Notes under the pieces: generated by a model | Database searches by the model: none | Told to the model about the DNA's origin: nothing | What the model saw: the letters and a program-made list of their open reading frames with translations, nothing else | Shown: piece by piece, positions 10,519 through 20,276 of the stretch | How the letters are laid out: the number at the start of each line of letters is the position of its first letter | Position numbering within the stretch: the first letter of the stretch is position 1 | Made by a program: the position numbers and the translations under genes | Assembly (NCBI GenBank): GCA_963730935.1 | Contig: CAVSTP010000004.1 | Location: 1,472,001 to 1,536,000 of the forward strand | Length of the DNA: 64,000 bases | Origin: an uncultured Nitrospiraceae bacterium | Lineage (GTDB): Bacteria > Nitrospirota > Nitrospiria > Nitrospirales > Nitrospiraceae | Direction: 5' to 3'

Positions 10519-12140
10519 GTGAGACACGTGAGTCACCTGTTTGAGATAACTGCCACAATGTTGGCCGGCCTGGGATTGTTCTTTGTCGGCCTGAAGGAGG
10601 TCTCTCGTCAGCTCACCGCCATGGGAGGCTCTCGGCTCCGTGAGATGGTCACCCAGGCAAGCGCCAACTCCGCTGCCGGAGTCGTGTGGGGAATCGTTTC
10701 AGGCTTCTTCACGCAGAGCGGACGGACCACGTCCTATGTGGTGGCGAGCCTCGTTCACACCGGTGTGCTGCCCGTACGCCGCGCGATGCCGGTAGTCCTC
10801 TGGGCCAACACCGGCTGTTCCTTCATCACGGTGGCGGCATTCCTTCCTACCGAATCACTGATCCTCTTGCTGGTCGGCTCGGCGGGGCTGTGTTACGCAT
10901 ACGAGATTCCTTCTCGATGGCGCAACGTGTCGGGCGCACTGTTCTCGCTCGCGCTCATACTTTTAGGGCTCCTCCTGATCAAAAAGGGCTCCTCTGAACT
11001 TCTCACAATCTCCTGGGCTGCGACACTGTTCGAACTCATCGGCGATTCCGGGCTCCTTGCATTTGTCACAGGCGCGCTCCTCACACTGCTTGCCCAGTCG
11101 CACATCGCGATTATCCTCCTCGCGATCGCCATGGCCCAACCTGGCGTCTACGAATCAGAGCATATTTTCATGCAGGTGTACGGCACCTATGCCGGCTCCG
11201 CCGTCCTGACGTATGTGCTTGGGGTGAGCTTCAAGGGCGTCGCACGGCAGGTCGTGATTGCGCAGGCGTTGTATGGCCTCCTGGGAGCGGCGCTCTTCGT
11301 CGGACTGTTCTATACCGAGGAACTGACCGGCATTCCCTTGGTACAGGCGGCAGCCACTCGGGTGTCCGGACAGATCGCCGTCCAGACGGCGTTCGTGGCC
11401 ATCCTGTTCAGTGTGGTCACCTCTGTACTCCTGACGCTAGTGGCGAAGCCGTATCAAGCGTTCATCGCACGCTTCTGGCCATCCACCGAAGAGGATATGC
11501 TCGCGCACACCCGATACATCAATGAGGATGCCCTGAACCAGCCGGAAACAGCCCTCCTCCTCGCCGAAAAGGAGCACCTGCGGCTCGCCAAGCGGTTTCC
11601 GCTGTACCTCGACGCGCTCCGGAGCGACCGATTGGTCAGCGGACAGCCGGACCCATCGCGTCTACCACGCGGCGTTTCTTGGTATCGGCGAGCGCCTCAC
11701 AAACTTTCTGCGCGACGCCTTGCAACGCACCGATTCTGTAGAACTCGCCGAAAGACTGTTGAACCTCCGTAACCGTCAGGAACTGCTTAAAGGCATCGAA
11801 GAGGACCTGCTGCAACAGTACGAAGCGTTGCGCGCCCGGCCGGGTGGCGCCAAGGCCGCTCAACTGTGCGGAGCGATCGTCGAGGTCCTGGATACCATGT
11901 TGCAGACGATGCTTGAGGCAGCCGAAACCGGCGATCACGACGAGCTGGCACTACTCGGCGCCATGACGTCGGACCGGGGCGAGATGATGGAGCGGATTCG
12001 CAAGAAATATCTCGCAACCGAGGAAGAAGTGACGACGGAAGATCGGGCGCTGATTCTCGATGTCACCCATGGATTTCGAGCGAATCGTGTGGTCCCTTGG
12101 GCGGTATGGCGAGCTGCTCGCACGTAGCGCGACACGTTGA
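10519..12140 (+). CDS. Na/Pi cotransporter family protein with PhoU-like tail, two frameshifts (about 11659 and 12074)
   Basis: GLGLFFVG, FTQS, WANTG, LAQSH repeats; removing one base at each site gives ...VYHAAFLGIGERL... and ...FERIVWSLGRYGELL..., stop at 12140. Confidence 0.85.
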
Positions 12141-12151
12141 ACGGGCCTCTT

Positions 12152-12294
12152 CTCCCCTAAGAAGGCTTGGCTCCATCGGATCTCCCGATGCCACAGAACG
12201 ATCATCACCACCGCCAAACGATGGAACCCAGACCCATCCCGAGCAACATGCCATAGAATTCTGCCAGCCTCCATAGAACGCCAGCTGTGCTCAT
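12152..12294 (-). pseudogene. Truncated, frameshifted paralog of 6926-7366
   Basis: MSTAGVLWRLAEFYGMLLGMGLG...VVMIVLWHREIRWSQAFLG vs MTTTDVLWRLAESYGMLFGMGLG...VVMIILWRREIRWTDAFLG. Confidence 0.85.
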
Positions 12295-12364
12295 GAATAA
12301 GTCTCCTTCTGGCAGGCGGCAATTCATCCGGAGAGGATCTTCAATGAACGTTCACGGCGGATAC

Positions 12365-12610
12365 TTACCTGGATTGGTCTTGCTTGGATAAAGGATTGCG
12401 TACCGAGGCAGGGTACTGTCCACCATAATCGCACCGCGTTTCATACGCCGTGTCTTTCTTTATTTCATACGTCGCGCACGGCCGCCCATTTTCGTCTTGA
12501 GAATACCCGATCGCTTGCCGCTGTTTTTCGAAGAACTCACACCCGGACAACAAGGCGAGAACGCCGACGTATAAGAGCAGCCAACGGGGGCCATAAGATG
12601 TTAGTCCCAC
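12365..12610 (-). CDS. Small lipoprotein
   Basis: LLLYVGVLALLSGC lipobox; two further Cys. Confidence 0.6.
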   Translation of the reverse strand: MGLTSYGPRWLLLYVGVLALLSGCEFFEKQRQAIGYSQDENGRPCATYEIKKDTAYETRCDYGGQYPASVRNPLSKQDQSR

Positions 12611-12631
12611 GATCTAATCAAGCTATGATGA

Positions 12632-13108
12632 CTATGCCTGTAAGTCTTTATCCCGCTTTAGCGGGGCTAATCCGACCGCATTGACAAAGTCCTTATACCA
12701 TTCGCTGGAGTATACATAGGTGTGAATTAAACCTTCGAATAAATAGCTAACCTCAACATACGCAATCATCCCAATGTATTGCGTGAAGGCTTCGATTTTA
12801 GCGGTATGAGTACGCCGCACTTGAGACGAGGCCTGAAAGACCTCATCGTAAGTGAGCGTCGATCGATGTAAATACATTGTCTTTGTGTCAAAGGACTTAG
12901 CAATTGATAGGAAGCTTTCCCAACGCGGGTCTTCGTCACGATCCCAGGCAGCTTTTGGAAAGCCTTTGTCCTCAATAGTGCCGTAAAAAATCGTAAAATG
13001 ATGCGTCTTGCAGTACGACTCTATCTCCTCAAAAACATCATAAGTCGTGTCCCCTCGCTTGCGTTTCGTCTCCGTCGTCAACCCGCCATGGTTTGATTCT
13101 GGGTTCAT
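12632..13108 (-). CDS. Hypothetical protein (AT-richer than surroundings)
   Basis: GGAGG RBS; 158-aa globular ORF; preceded by a WYL-type promoter. Confidence 0.7.
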   Translation of the reverse strand: MNPESNHGGLTTETKRKRGDTTYDVFEEIESYCKTHHFTIFYGTIEDKGFPKAAWDRDEDPRWESFLSIAKSFDTKTMYLHRSTLTYDEVFQASSQVRRTHTAKIEAFTQYIGMIAYVEVSYLFEGLIHTYVYSSEWYKDFVNAVGLAPLKRDKDLQA

Positions 13109-13141
13109 ATACCCTCCACAACCCTAACATTTGCCGTCGGC

Positions 13142-13175
13142 ATCGTAGCAGGAGAGTGTGACAAATAAGGTCACA
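13142..13175 (-). promoter_or_regulatory. Putative WYL operator-promoter, copy 3
   Basis: Minus strand TGTGACCTTATTTGTCAC-ACTCTCCTGC-TACGAT. Confidence 0.75.
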
Positions 13176-13523
13176 TCCTTAAAGTATTTGTGGATCGCGC
13201 AGAAAAATCCAATATTGTAGTGTTTCGCACGGAAAGCAGAATATCCGCATTTGCCTACTGGCAATCTATCTTCCCATCCCTACCCTCACAAGCTTAGGAG
13301 CGATCTTCAAATCGTCCAAACCTCAGGCCGAAGGTTCCTGACACCTCTTCCCACCCACCTTTCCCACCTTCAGACCCAGAACGAGTGCCTGTGTGACCGA
13401 ATGTGAATGGGCTCAAGCGAAATTGAAAGCCCATAGTTGTCACCGGCACCGATGGGATGGGTATTGGCGTCAGATTCTTTCGGCCGCTCAATCAGTTCTA
13501 AAGGGTTGTCCAGGCGATCTTAA

Positions 13524-13548
13524 GCGTCAAGAAAAGACTCCCGACCCC
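13524..13548. repeat. REP-like repeat identical to 600-624
   Basis: Exact 25-bp match. Confidence 0.75.
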
Positions 13549-13600
13549 GATGATGCCCACTTATCGTAGCAGTTACAGGCAAGTCAACTTTGCTGGTGCC

Positions 13601-15148
13601 TCAGCAATTGTCATCAAGTCCAACATGTCGGAGGATATCCTCCTTCGCAGCTTGGTAACTAGTATGGCCGTCAAGGAGGTGACATACATTGACATTCTCA
13701 ACGCCTTGGACATGAATGGGGTGAAGTCCAGCTATGTCCTTGAATTCTAGTTCTGCAGTCCGGTACATGTAACCTAGGACCCAGTCCTTGGGGCAATACG
13801 CGTTGACGAGGCGACCTGCCACTATATTTCGGACTTGTTCCCACCGAGCCGCATCAGCCGAAAAGGCGCCTCCCATTAGAAGCACATGGTCAATTAGTCC
13901 TTTGGAGGGATCTCCGCTTTTTGCCAGATGCTCGAGTGCGTGAAATATCAGTCTAGCACCGAGTGAGAAGCCAATTAATGTGATCGGTCGCTTACCATGC
14001 TGCGCTGTTGCTAGGTGTTCAGCCAAAATTTTTGCTGCCTTCTCGGAACGATCACGTGCAACGGACCATGGACTGTCAATAATATTCGCCAAGCTCAAAA
14101 TTGCGGTAGGCCACGCGAACCTTCGTGCGGCTATGCGACAAGCATGACGAGCAAAGACATGAACTCCCATCAGGCCAGCACTCTGAAAGCCAAACATGCA
14201 CAGTGCTTTCCCGAGATCGAAAAGGTGCTGCGACTCCCAAATTAAGGCGTGGTGCTCACCATGTCCTGTAACCGTAGGAAGGTGACTCCAGGTTTCGACG
14301 GGATTGCTGCGTTCTGAGAAAAATCCAGACACAGCCAGAAAACAGTGCATCCCTTGACCATTGAGGTGCGCGTAACGGTACTCATCAACTTTGCCTACGC
14401 GGGAGGCTACCTTCTTGCCTACTAAGCCTCCGCCAGTGAGTCCAAGTGCCGCCGCTACTGTGGCAGTCCCTCCGGCCATCCCAGCTCCCCCGGCGGCTAC
14501 TGCGCCGCCGCCAAGTGTTGCTAAGCCCGCGCTCGTCGCTGCGGCGCCACTCAGTCCCAAGAAAAAGGTGCCGATTGCTCCACCAATTGCAGGCGCCGCG
14601 ATTGGTGTTAGTAGTACGGCACCGACTGCAGCGGCCGTGGCACCAGCGACAATTTTCCATCGTCGCTCCCGTTTTTGTTCATCGGATTCATTCTGCGTAT
14701 AAGTGGCAGGGGTTGTGCGTAGCTCTCGCGCCAGCTGGTCTTCAAGAGCTGTGATTTGGTTCCAAGGAATGCCGAACATCATCGCTACATACCGGAAGCC
14801 TTCCCGTTCGCGCGCATCATACTTGCCATCTGCCACGGTGGCGGTCAGCAGGTAAGAGAGAACTGTTGACCGGACCTTCTTACTTCTGACGGCCTTCCCG
14901 AACTTCGCTGGATCGGGTTGTTCTGCAACGAGTTGTAAGAGTTTGCCCTGGCTTGCCTTCGATAGCTTGAGATGTTCATACATGCGCCTGAGAAGACTCT
15001 GATCCATGAGCCCTGCCCTAGCGGACAGAGTGGTGAGTAGTGCCGCAACGTTGAAGCGGTCCTTGTCGGAAACATGTTGAAAGAGCAGTTTGTCTTTAGT
15101 GGCGTCTTCTTTTTTCACCTTGAAGCGAAGTCGGCGATCCGATTGCAT
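13601..15148 (-). CDS. TerB-like + DUF726/TMCO4-family alpha/beta hydrolase (putative lipase)
   Basis: ADGKYDARERE TerB-like motif; Gly/Ala-rich hydrophobic hairpin; LIGFSLGAR (GxSxG), LMGG, RLVNAYCPKDWVL, GHTSY; start uncertain (frame open to 15304). Confidence 0.8.
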   Translation of the reverse strand: MQSDRRLRFKVKKEDATKDKLLFQHVSDKDRFNVAALLTTLSARAGLMDQSLLRRMYEHLKLSKASQGKLLQLVAEQPDPAKFGKAVRSKKVRSTVLSYLLTATVADGKYDAREREGFRYVAMMFGIPWNQITALEDQLARELRTTPATYTQNESDEQKRERRWKIVAGATAAAVGAVLLTPIAAPAIGGAIGTFFLGLSGAAATSAGLATLGGGAVAAGGAGMAGGTATVAAALGLTGGGLVGKKVASRVGKVDEYRYAHLNGQGMHCFLAVSGFFSERSNPVETWSHLPTVTGHGEHHALIWESQHLFDLGKALCMFGFQSAGLMGVHVFARHACRIAARRFAWPTAILSLANIIDSPWSVARDRSEKAAKILAEHLATAQHGKRPITLIGFSLGARLIFHALEHLAKSGDPSKGLIDHVLLMGGAFSADAARWEQVRNIVAGRLVNAYCPKDWVLGYMYRTAELEFKDIAGLHPIHVQGVENVNVCHLLDGHTSYQAAKEDILRHVGLDDNC

Positions 15149-15452
15149 CGTTCCGGCTTTCCCTTTTAGATTTCTACCGGTAGCATTCTTCTTCGCCTTT
15201 GCCCGCGGTTCTCGTTGACGTCTTTGACTTCGCGAAGAACCTTTTTGGATCGGCCTGCGAGATTTAGACCGTCCAGATGTATGTCTCGCCAACGACTTGC
15301 GCAATTAGGTCTTCCGCCTTCTCATAACAACGTCCGCCTGTCTGAAACTGTCTGGAATCTTTTATAATGGAAGCGCTAGCTGGAACGCCATGAGCCAAAG
15401 TGGCCGCAGCTTCACGAGCTTTTCGGTCGTCTCTAAATGATTATTCTGGAAC

Positions 15453-15806
15453 TTATCCCGTCGCTCTTTTCACCATCGGAGAGCACGCTAACCATATGTC
15501 TGCAATTGCTCGAACAATGGATTTTTCTCCCACGGTTGGACACGTGTCATATGGAAACGAGCAGCCTATCTGAAATTCCAAATTTGACCGTCGATGAGTG
15601 AGAGCCTCGTACGCCGCCTTGACCCACTCCGCTTGTCGCTTTGTTGGGCCGCGATATCGGCTTGAAGCAGGGAGAGCCGTTCGAGCATCAAACACTAACT
15701 GGCAATCCGGCACACCGTGCGAACGTCGACTCGAAAAGTGTCGCTGAAGCACGATAATTTGTGGAGCGTATCCTTTTACTCTTTTCAGTGCTCGAATGTT
15801 TCGCAT
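15453..15806 (-). pseudogene. Probable C-terminal remnant of a hypothetical protein
   Basis: Protein-like 117-aa ORF with an in-frame stop 4 codons upstream of the ATG; looks 5'-truncated. Confidence 0.4.
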
Positions 15807-15943
15807 GATTTCGTTTTACCTCTGTACAATCTGCCGGCTTAGGCGACTTGCACCGTTCCGATATGGCGATGCCCAGTCAGCGTTGGCTCAAACGCATACC
15901 GATTTTCGCTGGACAAAGCAATCTTTCAGAAGCTCTTGAGACG

Positions 15944-15977
15944 AGTGTACTCTTCGCGTGTGACAGAACAGGTCACA
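15944..15977 (-). promoter_or_regulatory. Putative WYL operator-promoter, copy 2
   Basis: Minus strand TGTGACCTGTTCTGTCAC-ACGCGAAGAG-TACACT. Confidence 0.75.
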
Positions 15978-16145
15978 GGCTGGAAAGGGAAAGTGTGTGC
16001 GGGGTTTCCGGTTAGTTAGAGAAGCCGCACGAAGAGGAAACTTAATTATCTGTCACATCCAGGGTCACGAGTCGAGCTGAGTCAGAGCGACGGCGGCGCA
16101 GGCTCCGGAGGGTATTCACAGCCGGCTATATAAGCTCGCTCTCCC

Positions 16146-17213
16146 CTACCCCGACTGTTGAATGGCGGAGAGGAGCCATTTGCCCTGCTGGTGCCGCATG
16201 AAGGTCCAGAGTTCCGTCGTGTCGGTGGGGCTCTGGTCGCTCCCCTCGATGAGATACCCCGGCTGTCCCGGCTGCTTGCTGGTGGACACCGTGTAGTCCC
16301 GCGCCGTCCATTGGAGTTTGGCCGTGGCGTAGTCCGTCCCCTCTTCCGTCCAAGATTCCTCGAGATCGGCTCTCGTGAGGACCACGTCTTCGACGTGATT
16401 TTCGACTTCCTGACTCGCCTGCTCGGCGAGGGCGGTGCTGAAGTAGGCCAGCATTTCAGGCGTGACGAACCGCCGCAAGGCGGCGAGGTCCTGCTTGCTC
16501 CAGGCGGTTTGAATGTCGATCAAGAGTTGCTGGAAGGCCGCCTTATCCCCCGCCGTGACCTCGCTCTCGACGGTCGCGGTCCGGAAAGGCGCGGCCGAAG
16601 AAGATGCAAAAGAAGATCCAATGGAAGAGGCGTCCAACAGGGACCGGGGCGCGTCCGTCCCCCGGTTCATCCCGGCGAACGCGGGCACGGGCTTGCGCCG
16701 GCGGGAAAAGTAATAGAGCACCCCGCCCGCCACGACCATAAGAAGGAGCATATCCACCGTGTTGAATCCGCTCGCATGGCTCGCCGCGCCGGCCTCCCCG
16801 TCCTCGCTGGTCTTGGCGGTACTGTCGGTGGCGCCGAAGAGCATATGGCCGATCCACGAGCCGGCGAGGCCGGCTGCGATGCCGGTCAATATGGGATGCC
16901 GCTGGATAAGAGACGGATTACTCTGGGCCGTCGGGGCCGGACTGGCTGTTGTTGGTGGCGGCGTGGCCGCCGGCGTCTTGGGCGCGGTCGATTGCTCGAT
17001 CGGCTTCCCGGAGTTTTGATCGTAGGTGCGTGACCCGCGGCTGCCCATGCTGCCCGATCCGCCGCCGCGGGAGCCGCCCGAAAACCCGCCTCCGCCCCCT
17101 CGCGCCTTGGCAAAGGAGACGGTCGGCACGCCGATGAGCGCACAGACGATGCAGGAGGCGATCAGTTTCTTGGTAATCACGAGCGATGTCCTTTCGGTTG
17201 CGGTCGTCGACAC
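16146..17213 (-). CDS. Tim44-like domain membrane protein
   Basis: Signal peptide; GGS-MGSRGSRTY; TM segments; IQTAWSKQDLAALRRFVTPEM...ELWTFMR...WLLSAIQQ. Confidence 0.9.
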   Translation of the reverse strand: MSTTATERTSLVITKKLIASCIVCALIGVPTVSFAKARGGGGGFSGGSRGGGSGSMGSRGSRTYDQNSGKPIEQSTAPKTPAATPPPTTASPAPTAQSNPSLIQRHPILTGIAAGLAGSWIGHMLFGATDSTAKTSEDGEAGAASHASGFNTVDMLLLMVVAGGVLYYFSRRRKPVPAFAGMNRGTDAPRSLLDASSIGSSFASSSAAPFRTATVESEVTAGDKAAFQQLLIDIQTAWSKQDLAALRRFVTPEMLAYFSTALAEQASQEVENHVEDVVLTRADLEESWTEEGTDYATAKLQWTARDYTVSTSKQPGQPGYLIEGSDQSPTDTTELWTFMRHQQGKWLLSAIQQSG

Positions 17214-17555
17214 GGCAACTGTCCTCCATCATCCTAACAGGTATGGGCGAGAGAAACCGAAGATTCGAAGGCCGTTCGACTCGCGCCGGCCGGGTCACTT
17301 CCAGGTCGAATTCATCCGATGCTTCCCACGCCGGCGGCCAACCAGCGCAATCGCAGGCAGGCCCTGATCGCCGCCCTCTTGGTGGCCTGGGCTGCCTGCT
17401 TGTTGGGCTAGACCTTTGCATCCTTCTAGACCCTGCTCGCGCTCAGTCCCTACAGTTATTGGCCGGTGCCCCGCCGGGAAGCGCTATGAAGACTGTTGCC
17501 GGTCGAAGTCCGGCGCCACGGCCGGGCGCGGAGCTTAAGCGGCGCTTCGATTGCG

Positions 17556-17762
17556 TCAGTAGGGCCGCCGGTTGTATTTGCGGTCGAACTCCTGCTGATC
17601 CAGCTGCTTTCTCATATGCTCAACGTCCAACTGCTGCTGCCGCTCGCGGAAGTAGTCGAACTTCTGCTGTTGCGGCGACCGATTCAGAGAGTCCTTGGCG
17701 ATCGCGGTGACGGCGCTATCGAAGCAGATTCCGAGCAAGATACCGATTAAAAACCCTCGCAT
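17556..17762 (-). CDS. Small exported protein
   Basis: AGGAGG RBS; MRGFLIGILLGICF signal; Gln-rich helix. Confidence 0.7.
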   Translation of the reverse strand: MRGFLIGILLGICFDSAVTAIAKDSLNRSPQQQKFDYFRERQQQLDVEHMRKQLDQQEFDRKYNRRPY

Positions 17763-17975
17763 GGTGGCCTCCTGCCTGGGCATGTTCTCATGGCGATCAT
17801 CGGCCCTGAATGTTCCACCCTTTGCCGTATGGATTGTTCGGCTTGCGTCACTTGTGGTGGAGCGACGGCTGGAGGGGTGGCGCTTTGTGGAGTATTGGCC
17901 ACCTCTGCCGGCGTGTCCCCACTACCACTCGCACAACCTGAGACTAGCAATAGCAGCCCATAGCATCATTCGCAT
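17747..17975 (-). pseudogene. Possible small lipoprotein with frameshifted signal peptide
   Basis: MRMMLW in one frame continues as GLLLLVSGCASG in another. Confidence 0.3.
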
Positions 17976-18010
17976 ACATCACCCCACTCCTATGATTTAA
18001 CATTGGCATC

Positions 18011-18445
18011 TTACCGACCCCCTTCAATCCTCCATCCCTTCCCATACGGATTATTCGGGAATCGGGTTTGAACGGACTCCCGGCGCCGAATTGGTTATTG
18101 AGCGAGTCCGGCGAAAACGGCGATCCATAGCGGCCAAACTGGTTCGACGTCGAGTCCGCGATCGTAGGGATTGGCGCTCAGCTTGCCGCGGTAGTTGCCC
18201 TGCTGGTCGTACAGCCTCGGCGCGTCCGTCGCAAACGGGTTGGTCGCCGATGTATTGCTGAACGGACTGCCGTATGGACTGAAGGAGTTGTTGATGCCGT
18301 TGGGCGCGAAGGGGCTCCCCTTCCCGAACGGATTGCTGCTGGATTCGAAATCGAACGGATTGGCGCTGAGGTTGCCGAGGTCTTCGGCTTCGGCGTGGAC
18401 CGGAGCCATCAACAGAGCTGTCAGTAGGATCGATGCAGCGTTCAT
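18011..18445 (-). CDS. Exported SNP(F/Y)G-repeat protein, two frameshifts (about 18160 and 18056)
   Basis: LSANPFD.ESSSNPFG.GSPF repeats; frame switching gives DSTSNQFGRYGSPFSPDSLNNQFG and PNNPYGKGWRIEGGR*; ATGA overlap with the vWA stop. Confidence 0.75.
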
Positions 18446-19122
18446 GGTCGTCCCCCTTTCCCCTCCGCCTCGTTGCTCCCACTGTCCAATAGTGGCTTTT
18501 GAAGCGGGCGGAACGCTGTCTCTGAATGCCTCATCCCCCTCCGATAGCTCGCATTCATGTTGGATAGTTCATTGAACGTTTGGCCTATGTCGCTCTTCGA
18601 GAACGCCACTCGGCATTCCGACGCGATGCCTAAATCCTCGCCCGCCACCCAAACGTCGTGATCCGCTCCGAGATAGACGAACCGCCAGCCCTCCTTCTCG
18701 CATTCCTTGATAAGCGCAAAGATCTGTTTCCTGGTGTAGTCCTTCGAGGCATTCTCCAGACCGTCGGTCAGGATCACGCAGAGCTTCTTGAAGCCCTCCG
18801 GGGACTCCTGCCTGGCGGCGGTCAGCGTTTGGCCGATTGCGTCGTAGAGCGGCGTCGTGTCCTGCGGACGGTAGGTTTCGACGTCTAGCTCGGGGACCGT
18901 GGAGACTGGCACGCCGCGATAATGGACTTCTGTCCTGTGCGAGTTGAACAGGGTGAGCGTGAACCAGGTCGCAGCTGGCTCGTCCTTGAGCGACTTCACG
19001 TACTGATTGAAGCCCGTGATCGCCGCGCGTTTGCACGATTGCATTGAGCCGCTTTCATCGAGAATGAGCGTGACGTAGAGCGGTTGAGGTGCATTCTCTG
19101 AGATTCCGTCGTGTGCTTTCAT
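18442..19122 (-). CDS. von Willebrand factor A (vWA) domain protein
   Basis: MIDAS ILDESGSM, TPLYDAIG, ILTDGLENASKDY, FVYLGAD. Confidence 0.9.
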   Translation of the reverse strand: MKAHDGISENAPQPLYVTLILDESGSMQSCKRAAITGFNQYVKSLKDEPAATWFTLTLFNSHRTEVHYRGVPVSTVPELDVETYRPQDTTPLYDAIGQTLTAARQESPEGFKKLCVILTDGLENASKDYTRKQIFALIKECEKEGWRFVYLGADHDVWVAGEDLGIASECRVAFSKSDIGQTFNELSNMNASYRRGMRHSETAFRPLQKPLLDSGSNEAEGKGGRP

Positions 19123-19155
19123 GCTCGCCTCCTGGTTGAGTGTTTGAATGGAGGC

Positions 19156-19189
19156 ATTTTATAGAAGCGGTGTGACACGTGAGGTCACG
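19156..19189 (-). promoter_or_regulatory. Putative WYL operator-promoter, copy 1
   Basis: Minus strand CGTGACCTCACGTGTCAC-ACCGCTTCTA-TAAAAT, immediately downstream of the WYL gene. Confidence 0.78.
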
Positions 19190-19203
19190 CTCAGAGGAAA
19201 AAA

Positions 19204-20276
19204 TTACGAGAGCTGAGCCGAAAGAGAGGGAGGAGCAGGAATGTCAGGAAAGACGCTTGGTTGCGGGGGATCCGTTCGGAAGCCGGCTCCGGCAGCTGCA
19301 TGAAAAATGCGGCGGGATTCGGTCTCCACGGCGGCCCTCAGACTAGTCAGGCCGAACGACACCGAACGCCGCTGCCGAAGCTTAAGACCCAGCCGACGAG
19401 CTCGCGGCTGTCGGCAACGGTCAGGGTCATAAGCATCCCGCCATTCTTCAAGGACGTGAGCTTCTGAGTGGGATGCCAGAGGCGGTCTTTCGCCCAGGCC
19501 GCGGTGGCCTTGTCGAACCGCAGGGCCACGTCGATTGGCCTCCCGCGCATGACGGTCAACGAGTCCCGCACGAACGCCTCCAGGTCGAAGCCAAGCGGCA
19601 TCTGGTAGGGGTGGTCGGTGAGTGTCACCGCGCGCATGCGCTCGACGGCAAACATGCGGGGTTCCTTTCGCTGGTGGCAATAACCGACCAGATAGAGCCC
19701 GCCCGAGGCATACCAGAGCCGGTAGGGATCGACTTCTCGGCGCGTCGTGCGTAGGCGCGACGCGGAATAGTAGCGCATCTGCACCGTTCGCTTCTTCGCG
19801 ATGGCCTGCGTGAGGCGGTCGATGGTTTCCCGATGCAGACGATAGGTCTTGTGCGGGCCTAAGCCAACGGCAAAGACGTTCTGCATCTGTTGCACGTAAT
19901 CGAGGGAATGCGGCGGCAGGAGCCGTGAAGCTTTGGCCATCGCCGATTCCAGTGCCGCCTGGATTTCGGTGCCGGCCAGCGGCTTGAGCAGCGATCGGCT
20001 GATCACGAGCGCCATCAACTCGGTCGGCGAAAACCCCAGCGCAGGCGCCTGACGGACGCCATCCATGAGACGCCAACGTACGCGGCCGTCGATGCGTTCG
20101 TTGATTAGCGGAAAGCCTGCCGATTCGAGCGCTTCCAAATCCCGCCGCACCGTCCGACCGTGCCGGGGATAATCGGCAGGCAACCGGCTGACGATTTCAT
20201 CGAGCGTGACGCCTCGCGGCGACTCCAGCAGTCGAAGCAAATGCCATTGGCGGGTAACCTGATCGTTCCGAGGCAT
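19204..20276 (-). CDS. HTH-WYL-WCX transcriptional regulator (YafY/PafBC-like); C-terminus frameshifted (about 19361 and 19345)
   Basis: RTVRRDLEALESAGFP winged HTH; RREVDPYRL, LYLVGYC, RMFAVERM; WHPTQ, WVLSFGSGV; removing two bases gives VRVVRPDSLRAAV. Confidence 0.92.

Noticed and set aside
15320..15450. Possible integron attC site (GTTATGA on the minus strand before the DUF726 gene)
   Set aside because: Arms do not pair convincingly, no similar sites between other cassettes, no integrase in the window.
17214..17555. GC-rich hairpin (about 17353-17399) upstream of the Tim44-like gene as a riboswitch
   Set aside because: No recognisable aptamer consensus; an Rfam/Infernal search would be needed.
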